Source of the DNA: Candidatus Altiarchaeales archaeon
GTDB lineage: Archaea > Altiarchaeota > Altiarchaeia > IMC4 > QMZM01
Direction of reading: 5' to 3'
Assembly (NCBI GenBank): GCA_023252215.1
Contig: JAHEXG010000002.1
Location: 16,315-80,314, forward strand
Length of the DNA stretch: 64,000 nucleotides
The translations under genes and the position numbers were made by a program. The notes under the pieces are model-generated. The model saw only the letters and a program-made list of their open reading frames with translations, was not told the DNA's origin and made no database searches. Position 1 is the first letter of the stretch. Every line of letters begins with the position of its first letter. This document shows positions 18,958 through 28,684 of this stretch, one piece after another.

Positions 18958-19408
18958 GAAACTGAAAAAAGAAGAAAAGGACTCGCTCATAGAAGACATA
19001 AACCTACAGTACGAGTCCTGCCTGGAGATCGAAGGCCTCTTTCTATCCAAAGACGAGAAACGGGAGTCCAAAAAGATCTTCTTATACACCGGAGAACGCA
19101 TCCCAGACGTTCCGGCAGAATGGACTGGGATACATTTCTGCACGATACGGGAGGGAACGATCATTCCCTCTATCGAAGGCGCGCAATACATCGGGCAGAC
19201 TGCGAAGAAGGGGATAGACCTCGATTATGAGCAGGCCAAGTACGTAATGTCAGGAAGAGACGTAGACATGCCGGAGGAAAAGGAAAAAGGATATTATATA
19301 CTCCGGTCGGGAGACGACGTTTTGGGAATAGGCCTTGCGGATAACAAAAAGATAATCAACCAGACGCCCAAATCCCGTAGGACGATGCAGCAGTACAGGA
19401 CTATCTGA
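18950..19408 (+). CDS. Hypothetical protein overlapping the methyltransferase stop; possible RNA-binding partner
   Basis: 152 aa. Start overlaps the upstream gene by 8 nt, suggesting translational coupling. Confidence 0.4.
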   Translation: MLRKLKKEEKDSLIEDINLQYESCLEIEGLFLSKDEKRESKKIFLYTGERIPDVPAEWTGIHFCTIREGTIIPSIEGAQYIGQTAKKGIDLDYEQAKYVMSGRDVDMPEEKEKGYYILRSGDDVLGIGLADNKKIINQTPKSRRTMQQYRTI

Positions 19409-20030
19409 CCCATATCTTTCCCTTCCTTGACAGGACGTCTTCCAGCATCTTTTTGTCTACTGATAAGTCGAACCGTTCTTTTAGTTTTTTCTGCATGTCT
19501 TTGACTGACAGTTCTTTCCCTTCAGCAGCCTTTTGCACCAGGTGGAGCAGGTCTTCGTTTATGTTCCAGGGAAGTATTATCCACTGCCATTTGTCAGTTT
19601 TTTGGGCGTAGTAGTCCGGCTCGATCCTTGACTGTTTTTTGTGTATGAGGGTCGCGGTTCGTATTTCTTCCAAGTTGTGCTTCTTTATCTCTTCCAAGGC
19701 CACTGCGATGCTGTCTCCGGTGTCTGTGAGGTCGTCTACGAGCAGGACCTTTTTTCCGGATAGATCGGTCTGCAGGGGGTATTTTAGCACCGCTTTCGCA
19801 TCCTTTTCCCCGGTGACGCCCCAGTGTTCCACCCTCACCGAGAGCAGGTCTTTTACTTCCAGGAGATCTGAGAGCATCATCGACGGCACCCATCCTCCGC
19901 GGGTTATGCCTATTATGCGATCCGGCAGAAACTTGTCCCGGGATATTTTTCCTGCGACTTTTTCCGCTAGTCCGTAGGCATCTTCCCAATTGTAGATGCG
20001 GCATGTGTATTCTTTTTCCATTCCAGTCAT
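19401..20030 (-). CDS. Phosphoribosyltransferase-domain protein (purine PRT-like)
   Basis: PRPP-binding motif VLLVDDLTDTGDS. Track ORF to 20261 overlaps the divergent MTAP gene, so the start is set at MTGMEKEY (20030). Confidence 0.6.
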   Translation of the reverse strand: MTGMEKEYTCRIYNWEDAYGLAEKVAGKISRDKFLPDRIIGITRGGWVPSMMLSDLLEVKDLLSVRVEHWGVTGEKDAKAVLKYPLQTDLSGKKVLLVDDLTDTGDSIAVALEEIKKHNLEEIRTATLIHKKQSRIEPDYYAQKTDKWQWIILPWNINEDLLHLVQKAAEGKELSVKDMQKKLKERFDLSVDKKMLEDVLSRKGKIWVR

Positions 20031-20087
20031 CCCTGTTTTACTAATTTTAACCTGTCTTCTTATATAGTTAACATAATTTAAAATACA

Positions 20088-20789
20088 ATGATAGGTATTA
20101 TCGCAGGCACGGGATTCTATGACCTGGGTTTCCTTGGCGTAGCCGGGGAGAAGACCATCAAAACCGCCCACGGAGAGGCTTATGCTATCTATGGCAAGGA
20201 TTTTCTGTTCATCCCCAGGCATGGCAGAGACCGGAATACTCCGTCGCATATGCTCAACCACAAGGCAAACATATCAGCTTTCAAGCAGGAGGGGGTAACT
20301 GAGATAATAGCCTTGACGTCTGTTGGCAGCATGAAAAAGAGCATGCCCCCAAAATCCATAATCATACCGCATGACTATATGCATCTTTCCGGGATACCTA
20401 CATTCAACGACTCCAGGGCAGTTCACATAACCCCGGACCTGGACGAAGAACTTAGAAAGAAGATAATAGCTGCCGCACAGAAGCTAAAGATCAGGGTCAC
20501 GCCGAGAGGAGTGTACCTGCAGACCACGGGCCCCCGGCTGGAGACCAGGGCAGAGATAAGCATGTTCAAGAACTACGCCGACGTAGTCGGCATGACAATG
20601 GCCTCCGAGGCGACTCTTGCAAAGGAACTGGGCCTGAAATATGCCGCAATCAGCCTGGTAGACAACTACGCCCACGGGATATTGGACACGCCCCTTGATT
20701 TCACCCAGGTAATAAAGGCGTCCGCGGAGCAGAGAGGAGGCCTAAAGATGATAATAAAAGAGCTCATAGAGCAGGGCGCAGAAAAATGA
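20088..20789 (+). CDS. MTAP-family purine nucleoside phosphorylase (methylthioadenosine/methylthioinosine phosphorylase)
   Basis: 233 aa; PNP-I/MTAP family resemblance (RHG motif IPRHGRD, ALTSVGS). Stop overlaps the next gene start. Confidence 0.8.
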   Translation: MIGIIAGTGFYDLGFLGVAGEKTIKTAHGEAYAIYGKDFLFIPRHGRDRNTPSHMLNHKANISAFKQEGVTEIIALTSVGSMKKSMPPKSIIIPHDYMHLSGIPTFNDSRAVHITPDLDEELRKKIIAAAQKLKIRVTPRGVYLQTTGPRLETRAEISMFKNYADVVGMTMASEATLAKELGLKYAAISLVDNYAHGILDTPLDFTQVIKASAEQRGGLKMIIKELIEQGAEK

Positions 20790-22036
20790 GCATACTCATA
20801 AAAAATGTTCTTCTGAAAGGGAAGACCACAAGTATCTACGTCGAGGGAAACAGCATAAAGAGCATCGGAAATATTGAAAAAGCAGAATACGTGATCGACG
20901 GCAAAGGCATGGCAGCGCTTCCCGGCTATGTCAACACGCATACGCATTCCGCGATGACCCTCTTTCGAAGCTACGCAGACGACCTGAAATTGCATGACTG
21001 GCTGGAAAAACACATATGGCCCCGCGAGGCAAAGCTTACAGAGGAGGACGTATACTGGGGCGCAAAACTCGCCTGCCTGGAGATGATCAAGTCCGGGACC
21101 ACCTGTTTTAACGACAACTACTGGCATATGATGGGTACAGTCCGGGCCGCCGATGAACTGGGAATGCGCGCAGTAGTGTGCGAGGTACTCATCGACAGGG
21201 GGGATCAGGATCAGGCGGAAAAAGAGAAAAAGAAGAACAAAGCGCTTGTGAAGAAAGTAAGGGATATGAAGAATCCGCGCATAAGGCCTGCACTGGCGCC
21301 TCACGCCCCTTACACTGTCCTCCCGGAGACTCTGTGTTGGATAAAGGAATACGCAGACAAGGAAGGATTGCTAATAAATTTCCACCTTGCAGAAACAGAG
21401 AAAGAGAACGCAGACTTCTATGTGAAGCATGGTAAAAGGCTTGTGCCCTTCCTGGAAGAACGGGGCTTCCTGGGCCCAAACCTAATAGCCGCCCACGGGA
21501 TATGGCTGGACCAAAAAGACATTTCCATCCTGGCAAGGCACAACGTCAAAATAGCCCACAACCCGGTATCCAACATGAAACTGGCATCCGGGATACTGCC
21601 GTACAAGGAGATGAAGGACGCAGGCATCATTGTGTCGCTGGGAACCGACGGCTGCGCCTCCAACAACGGCCTGGACATGTTCGAGTCTATGAAATTCGCT
21701 TCCCTACTGCAGAAGGTGCACAGACACGACCCCACAGTATTGCCGGCAAAAGAAGCACTCGACATGGCCACGATAAACGGCGCCAAGACCCTGGGCATAA
21801 ATACGGGAAAAATAGAAGAAGGATGCCTGGCGGACATAATATTGATCGACCTAAAGAGGCCGGAGCTTACGCCTTTAAACAATCTGACCGCGAACCTTGT
21901 CTATTCGGCAAAGGGCTCGTGCGTGGATACAGTCATATGCGACGGGAAGATACTGATGGAGAACGGGATCGTGAAGGGAGAGGAAGAAATAATGGAAAAA
22001 TCCGCAGATGTCGCAAAAGACCTTTTCAGCAGGTAA
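20786..22036 (+). CDS. mtaD: 5-methylthioadenosine/S-adenosylhomocysteine deaminase-like amidohydrolase
   Basis: Amidohydrolase metal motif VNTHTHS. 416 aa. Coupled to the upstream MTAP gene. Confidence 0.75.
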   Translation: MSILIKNVLLKGKTTSIYVEGNSIKSIGNIEKAEYVIDGKGMAALPGYVNTHTHSAMTLFRSYADDLKLHDWLEKHIWPREAKLTEEDVYWGAKLACLEMIKSGTTCFNDNYWHMMGTVRAADELGMRAVVCEVLIDRGDQDQAEKEKKKNKALVKKVRDMKNPRIRPALAPHAPYTVLPETLCWIKEYADKEGLLINFHLAETEKENADFYVKHGKRLVPFLEERGFLGPNLIAAHGIWLDQKDISILARHNVKIAHNPVSNMKLASGILPYKEMKDAGIIVSLGTDGCASNNGLDMFESMKFASLLQKVHRHDPTVLPAKEALDMATINGAKTLGINTGKIEEGCLADIILIDLKRPELTPLNNLTANLVYSAKGSCVDTVICDGKILMENGIVKGEEEIMEKSADVAKDLFSR

Positions 22037-22047
22037 TACTCATCGAT

Positions 22048-24180
22048 TCATTCTTCAACCAATTCGTCCGAATCCACCTCAGTTTCCGCAGGCGGCTCAG
22101 TATCCGAAGGCTCGGCAGGCTTTGGCGCAGCACCCGCCTGCGTTTGCTCCTGGCCCGGCACCTTTTTGGTCTTGCTCGGACATTTGGGGTTCACGCAGAA
22201 GCCCCACACCTTTTTGCCGAACACCTTGATCGTTGCATAGTCGCATTCCTTGCATTTTCCGCCGATCTCCAGCTTGTATTTGGGCAAGGACATGGTGAAC
22301 GTGCATGCCGGGTATTTGTCGCAGCCTATGAATTGGCCGTGCTTTGACTTGCGCATGACCAGGTTCCCTTCGCAGGCGACGCATTTGCCCAACACCGGGC
22401 GCGTCATCTCCTTTGCGCTTTTCGCGGACTGGGCGAGGGCTTCGCCGATCTTTGCTTCGTTGTCTTTGAATTCTTTTGATATTGTGAGCAGGGTTGTTTT
22501 TCCTTCGTCTATGACCTGTTCGCTTGGGAGCTTGCCGGCCTCTATTTCTTCCATCTCTTCTTCGAATTTCCTGGTGAGTTTTTCGCTTAGGACCTCGGGG
22601 CAGTATTTGTCCAGCGTGGTTACGACATTCAGCCCCAGGTTCGTTACCTCGAGCGCTTTTCCGTTGACGTATCCTCTTTTGAATAGTATGTCCACTATCT
22701 GCGAGCGCGTGGCTTTTGTCCCGATGTTCCTCTTTTCCATCTCTTTTATGATGGATGCCGGAGTGTATCTCTTAGGGGGCTTGGTCTCCTTGGAGTGGAT
22801 TATCAAGTCCTGTACTGGGAGCGTTTCTCCCTGGTTTACTGCGGGTAATTCTTCTTCTTCGAATTTGGCGTATCTTCCGTAGAGTATGTGCCATCCCTTC
22901 TCGACGGTCCTTGTGCCTGATGCGATGAATATTTCGGAGTTGTTGTTCAGCCTTATCTCCACGGTCTCGCGCTTTGCATCGTCCCCGAAGGTGGCAAGGA
23001 ATCTTCTTGCTATGAGGTCGTAGACTTTTGCGGCCTGTTCGTTCAATGAACCGGGTATTTCCCCCGTCGGGTATATCGCCGGGTGCGCAGGGTCTTTCTT
23101 TTTCCCGTTGTTGGGTTTGAGCTTTTTCTTTGCGAGAAGCAAATTAGCAGGTTCGCAGTATTCTTTGAGCGTGGACAGGTTCTTTATTATCTTGGCGTAG
23201 TCTATTCCCTCCGGGAGCTGCTGGCTCGAGGTCCTCGGGTAACTTATGTATGCGTTGGTATACAGTTCCTGCGCCAGCTCCAGCGTCCTCCTGGGGTCTA
23301 TTCCAAGCTGTTTGTAGGTCTCGGTCTGCAGGGTAGTAAGATCGAAAGGCGTGGGCGGCTCCTGCTTGGATTCTGTGCGTTTTACGCTGTCCACTATCGC
23401 CTTTTTCCCGCATCTGTTCTTTATGGCCTCGGCTTTTTCTTTTTGCAGTATCTTGTCTGCCGAGTGCATGGAGCGTATCTTGTCAGCGTCTTTGAGGCAT
23501 ATCATCTCTATCTCCCAGTAGGGCTCGGGCTTGAAGGCTTTTATCTTTTCCTCCCTGCTGGCAAGTATCTTTAGAGTGGGCCCCTGCACGCGCCCTATGC
23601 TCAATGTAACGTAGCCTCTCGCCCGTCTCACTGAGAGTGTGAGCGCCCTCGACAGGTTTATACCCCAGAACCAGTCCAGCTTGTGCCGTGTTATGCCTGC
23701 TTCCGCCATGCCTTTGTTTATCTTCTCCTGGTTTTGGTAGGCGGCGACTATCGCTTCGTTCGTCAGGGTGGAAAATTTCATCCGGCTAACCTTGTCGGAG
23801 AGAGGGTCTATGCCGCATGCGTATTTAATGGCATTGTAGGAGATGACTTCCCCTTCTATGTCGTAGTCGCACGCGTTTATGAATTTGTCGCATTTCTTCG
23901 AAAGGAACTGCAGGTTGTCCAGGTATTTTTTCGTGAACTCGGAGTTCTTGTTAACCACGTAGCTTGGCGCCCACTCTATGTCGAACACCGGATAGCGCCA
24001 GCCGCCTTTTGTTTTCTCTTTGAGGCTGAATATGTGGCCCACGGCGGGCGCAATGAATACGTCCCCTACCTGGTGATAGGGCGCGCCTTCGCGGGACATC
24101 TTGCGCTCGTCTCCGCGGCCTATGGATTTGGCTATCCTCTCGGCTACGTTCGGTTTTTCAGTTATTATAAGAGTGACCAT
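22048..24180 (-). CDS. topA: DNA topoisomerase I (type IA)
   Basis: TOPRIM N-terminus LIITEKP, type IA core, C-terminal CxxC zinc ribbons. 710 aa. Confidence 0.9.
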   Translation of the reverse strand: MVTLIITEKPNVAERIAKSIGRGDERKMSREGAPYHQVGDVFIAPAVGHIFSLKEKTKGGWRYPVFDIEWAPSYVVNKNSEFTKKYLDNLQFLSKKCDKFINACDYDIEGEVISYNAIKYACGIDPLSDKVSRMKFSTLTNEAIVAAYQNQEKINKGMAEAGITRHKLDWFWGINLSRALTLSVRRARGYVTLSIGRVQGPTLKILASREEKIKAFKPEPYWEIEMICLKDADKIRSMHSADKILQKEKAEAIKNRCGKKAIVDSVKRTESKQEPPTPFDLTTLQTETYKQLGIDPRRTLELAQELYTNAYISYPRTSSQQLPEGIDYAKIIKNLSTLKEYCEPANLLLAKKKLKPNNGKKKDPAHPAIYPTGEIPGSLNEQAAKVYDLIARRFLATFGDDAKRETVEIRLNNNSEIFIASGTRTVEKGWHILYGRYAKFEEEELPAVNQGETLPVQDLIIHSKETKPPKRYTPASIIKEMEKRNIGTKATRSQIVDILFKRGYVNGKALEVTNLGLNVVTTLDKYCPEVLSEKLTRKFEEEMEEIEAGKLPSEQVIDEGKTTLLTISKEFKDNEAKIGEALAQSAKSAKEMTRPVLGKCVACEGNLVMRKSKHGQFIGCDKYPACTFTMSLPKYKLEIGGKCKECDYATIKVFGKKVWGFCVNPKCPSKTKKVPGQEQTQAGAAPKPAEPSDTEPPAETEVDSDELVEE

Positions 24181-24238
24181 CTCGGGAGCATGTATTATTT
24201 TTGTAGTTCTATTTAATAACTAATCTTTATAAATAAGG

Positions 24239-24784
24239 ATGAAATTAGTCATAGGCCTCACAGGGAATATCGGCGCAGGAAAGACCGCCGTAAGCGAACA
24301 CCTGCACAAAAAATACGGAGCAGACCAGGTGCGCTTCTCGCAGATACTAATGGACGTCCTCGACAGATTATATCTGCCAAAAGACCGAAATAACCTGCAG
24401 ACATTGGGCGAATCAGTCAGGAAAACCTTCGGCGGCGACGTATTGGTTAACGCCTTCAGAAAAGACCTTGAAAAGAGCAGCTCGCAGGTCGTGGTCGTCG
24501 ACGGCATAAGGTACATGAACGAAGTAGACATGCTGCGCTCTTTTGACAACAACTTCCTGCTCTTCATGGACGCCCCTGCGCGTACCCGCTATGAACGAGT
24601 AGTGAAACGCGGGGAAAAGGGGGAAGCGAAGATAAGCTTTGACGCATTCTTAGAGATGGAACAACGGGGCACTGAAAAGAATCTCCCGCAGATAAAGAAG
24701 GCCGCAGACTATGTCATAGAAAACGAAAGCAGCATGGATGCGCTGCTCAAAGAGATAGACGCAATAGTTAATAAGCATCTATAG
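24239..24784 (+). CDS. P-loop nucleotide/nucleoside kinase (dephospho-CoA kinase-like)
   Basis: Walker A GLTGNIGAGKT at the N-terminus. 181 aa. Confidence 0.55.
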   Translation: MKLVIGLTGNIGAGKTAVSEHLHKKYGADQVRFSQILMDVLDRLYLPKDRNNLQTLGESVRKTFGGDVLVNAFRKDLEKSSSQVVVVDGIRYMNEVDMLRSFDNNFLLFMDAPARTRYERVVKRGEKGEAKISFDAFLEMEQRGTEKNLPQIKKAADYVIENESSMDALLKEIDAIVNKHL

Positions 24785-24948
24785 ACGCAGGCGACCCTGC
24801 ATCCGGCTTATACGCCGCCTTTATCGTGATCAGAAGCTACCCTTATCATCACAGTACGAGACTCAGCCTGGGTCGGTATCATCACTTATAATAATATAGG
24901 ACTTGGAGAATAAATCCCAAAAAAAACAGGGCAAAAACAAGAAATATA

Positions 24949-25305
24949 TCACATGGCCCCGGTTCCGGGTTTCATCAGGGTCTGTAGCTCGTTGCGTAAT
25001 TCGTCGAGTTTTTCAGTGAGCTTTGTCTCCTGCTTTTCCATCATCTTCAGGCGGGTGGCTGTCAGTTCCTTGTCGTCTTTCAGTTTCTTCTCTGACGCGT
25101 CTTTGGTGGTCTCTACCAGCAGGGGACCTGCCGCACGATATACTTTCTCGCCTGATACGCCTTCCAGGGCTTTCAACGCGTTATCCGTGTCCGCGGACTG
25201 CATGAAAAGCTGCTGTTTTTGCATGGATAACATCTGTAGCTGGCTTTGGAGGGTCTGGAACTGGGCTATTTTATCCTGTAACTGTTTGGGTACCTGTGGG
25301 TCCAT
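24949..25305 (-). CDS. pfdB: Prefoldin beta subunit
   Basis: 118 aa coiled-coil-hairpin-coiled-coil layout typical of prefoldin beta. Confidence 0.8.
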   Translation of the reverse strand: MDPQVPKQLQDKIAQFQTLQSQLQMLSMQKQQLFMQSADTDNALKALEGVSGEKVYRAAGPLLVETTKDASEKKLKDDKELTATRLKMMEKQETKLTEKLDELRNELQTLMKPGTGAM

Positions 25306-25306
25306 C

Positions 25307-25561
25307 TTAGGGTTTTTTATTACTTTGTTTTTCTCCGGTTAAATCGCAGCACAACAACACCCACCGAAGATAGGTATTGACTGCCGCGCGCATCGCTCCC
25401 AGGTCCTGGGCGCTCACATTCAGAATCAACGCGTCTTTCTCGCAGAACAACTCCACCTTAGAACGGCTTAATGCCTCGCTCTGGGCTTCCAGGCCGACGG
25501 AACGGCAGCATACCTGCGCGATCTCCCCCGGAACCATAAGCCGGATAGAAAGCTCGTTCAT
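25307..25561 (-). CDS. Pcc1-like KEOPS subunit candidate
   Basis: 84 aa, sitting between rpoP and prefoldin beta as in conserved archaeal gene order. Sequence-level support is weak. Confidence 0.4.
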   Translation of the reverse strand: MNELSIRLMVPGEIAQVCCRSVGLEAQSEALSRSKVELFCEKDALILNVSAQDLGAMRAAVNTYLRWVLLCCDLTGEKQSNKKP

Positions 25562-25572
25562 GCCTAAAAAAG

Positions 25573-25722
25573 TTATATCGCGGGAACAGTACGCGTATTC
25601 CCTTTATTCTTCTTCACCCAGATATTGGATCGCTTCTCTTTGCATTTGGTGCACTTAAGCTTGTGCTGGACGAGGTATTCGTATTCCACGTCGTTCCCGC
25701 ATTCCATGCATACGTAGGCCAT
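25573..25722 (-). CDS. rpoP: DNA-directed RNA polymerase subunit P (Rpo12), 49 aa, below ORF-track cutoff
   Basis: Translates to MAYVCMECGNDVEYEYLVQHKLKCTKCKEKRSNIWVKKNKGNTRTVPAI (CxxC...CxxC zinc ribbon). Directly downstream of rpl37ae. Confidence 0.6.
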   Translation of the reverse strand: MAYVCMECGNDVEYEYLVQHKLKCTKCKEKRSNIWVKKNKGNTRTVPAI

Positions 25723-25732
25723 TTTTTGTTTT

Positions 25733-25972
25733 TTACTCCTCCACCAGGGTCGTCTTCTTGCTTACGGGGAAATAGCTCCCGCCGGCAAACACGTTTTTAC
25801 AGAACTTGCATTCCCAGACGCCTACGGCTCTCCTGGAAACTTTCTTGCCGCAGTTGGGACAGACGTTGTTCTTGGCGTCGTCTTCTATCTTGCGCATCTC
25901 CTCACGTATCTTCTTACCGGTCCTTACGCCGAATCTTCCGACGCTCCCGATCCTTTTAGTATGGCTGTACAT
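25733..25972 (-). CDS. rpl37ae: Ribosomal protein L37ae
   Basis: Motif CPNCGKKVSRRAVGVWECKFCKNVFAGGSY. Confidence 0.85.
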   Translation of the reverse strand: MYSHTKRIGSVGRFGVRTGKKIREEMRKIEDDAKNNVCPNCGKKVSRRAVGVWECKFCKNVFAGGSYFPVSKKTTLVEE

Positions 25973-26035
25973 CGTCTATGTCAAAAATTATTGAGATATT
26001 ATTATGGATTGACTAAATAAAAACCCGCTTGCAAA

Positions 26036-26788
26036 CTAATGGATTCCCATGCATTCGTTCGCCCGGCCGTCGAGCGCGTTCAACAGGTCCCGGCTCCCCA
26101 CCTCGGGAAGGCATATCACGTAATCTGCGCCCGCTTTTTTCATCTTGTTCACGGACATGGTCTCATTGGCCCGGGCGTATATCTTTATATGCGGATTGAC
26201 CTCCTTTGCGGTGAGTATGGTATATACTATCTCAGGGTCGCTGTCAAGCGCGACGATCATTGCTTTCGCCCTTTTTATACCTGCCGATTCCAGGGTCTCA
26301 GGGCTCGTGGAATCCCCGTTGACGCATAGCAGGCCTTTTTTCAACAGCTCGGCAAAGCGGGCATCGTTCTTCTCCACTACCACGACGTCTTTTATCTTTT
26401 CCGCAAGAAGCGTTCCCACGTCGCCGTATCCGCATAAAATCACGTGTTCCCGCACCCTCCCAAGAGCGTCTTCCAGTCTCCTCAATTTAAGCACCTCAAA
26501 AAGCCTTCCTGCGATCAGCGTCTCTGCTATGGCTCCTGCGAAGTAGTAAAAGGAGGCCACTGATATCAGTACCAGTATTATCGTGAATATCTTTGTCTCG
26601 GGTTTGGCGTTGGGTATGTCGCTGAAACCAACGGTTGCAACCGTTATGACCGTATGATAAAGCGCATCAAGCGGATCCAGGGACTCGAGGAGGAGGTAGC
26701 CAACGGTCCCGGATAGTATGACTGCCAGGATTATGGCGATCGAAATGAGTACATGGCTTCCGAGGAAGTTTTTGAATTCTATTTTCAT
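26036..26788 (-). CDS. Two-TM potassium-channel-like protein with RCK/TrkA-N domain
   Basis: Pore helix plus filter-like TVGFSD. RCK Rossmann ILCGYGDVG. Confidence 0.7.
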   Translation of the reverse strand: MKIEFKNFLGSHVLISIAIILAVILSGTVGYLLLESLDPLDALYHTVITVATVGFSDIPNAKPETKIFTIILVLISVASFYYFAGAIAETLIAGRLFEVLKLRRLEDALGRVREHVILCGYGDVGTLLAEKIKDVVVVEKNDARFAELLKKGLLCVNGDSTSPETLESAGIKRAKAMIVALDSDPEIVYTILTAKEVNPHIKIYARANETMSVNKMKKAGADYVICLPEVGSRDLLNALDGRANECMGIH

Positions 26789-26800
26789 GGATTCCTTAGA

Positions 26801-28099
26801 TTACGGAGTCAGCCTGTGTCGGTCTCTGGGGAAAAGGACTACTTCTCGTATCGCAAGGTCCAGCATCTGCATCATCATCCGGTCTATGCCGAGGCCGAAT
26901 CCGCCGTGGGGTGGCATGCCGTATTTGAATGCGTCCAGGTAGTACTTGAAACTTTCAGGGTCCAATTTCTTTGCCTTAATCTGCGAAAGCAGCATGTCGT
27001 AGTTGTGTATCCTCTGCGCGCCAGACGACACTTCGACGCCCTTGTATTCTAGGTCAAACGACCTTGAGTATTTTTCGTCCCCCGGCATCGTATAGAACGG
27101 CCTGGCAGACAGGGGATACCCATAGATAAAATACAGCTCCGACGAACGCTCGCTCTTCATTATCTCGCCCAATAGTTTCTCACCCTCGGTGTCTATGTCT
27201 TCGCCCGAGGGGATCTTTTTTCCATGGGCTGCGAGCATCTCTATTGCTTCGCCGTAGGATATGCGCAATGCCTTCCCAGGAACAGATATGTCCTTTTTGA
27301 GTATGCCCAATTCCTTTTTGCAGTCAGACGCCGCTTTTATCATAGACAGGACAAGCCCTTCGAGGAGGTTCATAACGTCCTCTTCGTTCTTGATGAACGC
27401 CAGCTCCACGTCGACCGCTGTCACCTCGTTCAAATGCCTGCGGGTATCGTGTTCCTCGGCCCTGAAATAGAAAGTCGTCTCATAGACGCGGTCCAGGCCG
27501 GTCGCCATCATCATCTGCTTGTAGAGCTGAGGCGACTGCGCAAGATACGCCTCTTTGTCGAAATACGATATAGGAAAAAGGTTCGTACCGCCCTCGCTTG
27601 CCGAAGCGATTATCTTGGGAGTATGGATTTCTATGAACTCGTTTCCATCCAGATAACTGCGCGCAGCCGAGACCACTGCGCTCCTTATCTTGAATATTGC
27701 GGCAACGTCCGGCTTACGAACATCCATGAACCGGTTATTCAGCCGGGTATCTATGTCGGCATCGACCTTCGCAGTCACGTCCAATGGAAGCGGAGACTGC
27801 GCCACGCTGACCACGTTCACGCTCAGGGGCGAAACCTCGACACCGCCGGGAGCGCGATCGTTCTTCTTCACGACGCCCTTTACTTCCACGACGGACTCGC
27901 GGGAAACGGAACTGATAGCCTTGAGAACGTCTTCGGTGCATGCGTCTTTCTTGCCTGTGACCTGTATGAAGCCCTCTCTGTCGCGCAGGACCATGAATTT
28001 GAGCTTGCCGAGGTCTCTTACCTCATGCACCCACCCGGCGAGTGCTACTTCTTTTCCTTCCAGCGCAGGAGTTATTTCACTTGAGTAATGGGAACGCAT
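26801..28099 (-). CDS. aspS: Aspartyl-tRNA synthetase, archaeal type
   Basis: 432 aa. N-terminal OB anticodon-binding domain, class II motifs including the GGFGLGIDR-type motif 3. Confidence 0.9.
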   Translation of the reverse strand: MRSHYSSEITPALEGKEVALAGWVHEVRDLGKLKFMVLRDREGFIQVTGKKDACTEDVLKAISSVSRESVVEVKGVVKKNDRAPGGVEVSPLSVNVVSVAQSPLPLDVTAKVDADIDTRLNNRFMDVRKPDVAAIFKIRSAVVSAARSYLDGNEFIEIHTPKIIASASEGGTNLFPISYFDKEAYLAQSPQLYKQMMMATGLDRVYETTFYFRAEEHDTRRHLNEVTAVDVELAFIKNEEDVMNLLEGLVLSMIKAASDCKKELGILKKDISVPGKALRISYGEAIEMLAAHGKKIPSGEDIDTEGEKLLGEIMKSERSSELYFIYGYPLSARPFYTMPGDEKYSRSFDLEYKGVEVSSGAQRIHNYDMLLSQIKAKKLDPESFKYYLDAFKYGMPPHGGFGLGIDRMMMQMLDLAIREVVLFPRDRHRLTP

Positions 28100-28166
28100 T
28101 TTGAATCCAGAGAATATGGGTTTAGGGGGCTAAAAATCCATGGGCATATGTGTTATTTAAGGTTTT

Positions 28167-28202
28167 ATTCACTTAAATTCACTTAATGCCTTTTAAAAAG
28201 GC
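28167..28202. promoter_or_regulatory. Tandem 10-bp direct repeat (attcacttaa x2) followed by perfect palindrome gccttttaaaaaggc, between the ASCH gene and aspS
   Basis: Read directly from sequence. Sits 3' of the island genes and 5' of aspS on the minus strand. Confidence 0.3.
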
Positions 28203-28249
28203 AGTTGAATAGGTAAGAAATAATAAGGTAGATAAATAATTCGCCTTTG

Positions 28250-28684
28250 CTACTCGACTAGGAGTGCCTGAAATGCTCCCGCCGTTCCCCCCATTTTCTT
28301 GTACAGCTCCGATCCGTCCAAGTACGCATAATTCTGCGGCGGCCTGAACCCAGAGCATGTTTCGTATGGGTCAATCGGGGTCTCGAATTGCTCGTATTCG
28401 TCTATCTCCAGGGCATGGATCGTTGTCTTGTCCGCGCAGTAAGCAAAGAAGTTGCCGTAATCTATTCCCCCGTACGACTTGCATTTCTCCCAGATATCCT
28501 TAGGCGAGCCGATCAATATCTGTTTTATAGTGAACCAGCCTACTATATGCTGTGTCGGGTTGGATTCGTATACATAGACTTTTTCGATTTTTTCCTTGGG
28601 CGTCTGTTTCCGGAATTCGTATCGCTTTTCACCAGAGAAAATCTTTTCGCTGTATTTTGGTTTAATCGACAACAATATTTTCAT
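28250..28684 (-). CDS. ASCH domain protein
   Basis: N-terminus MKILLSIKPKYSEKIFSGEKRYEFRK is a typical ASCH/PUA-like beta-barrel start. Overlaps the upstream gene by 23 nt. Confidence 0.7.
   Translation of the reverse strand: MKILLSIKPKYSEKIFSGEKRYEFRKQTPKEKIEKVYVYESNPTQHIVGWFTIKQILIGSPKDIWEKCKSYGGIDYGNFFAYCADKTTIHALEIDEYEQFETPIDPYETCSGFRPPQNYAYLDGSELYKKMGGTAGAFQALLVE

Noticed and set aside
19401-20261. 286-aa version of the PRT gene
   Set aside because: N-terminal 76 codons overlap the divergent MTAP gene start. An internal Met at 20030 yields a standard PRT.
22008-24216. Multiple plus-strand ORFs (for example 23083..23574, 23683..24216) inside topA
   Set aside because: Antisense to a well-supported 710-aa topoisomerase, with no independent motifs.
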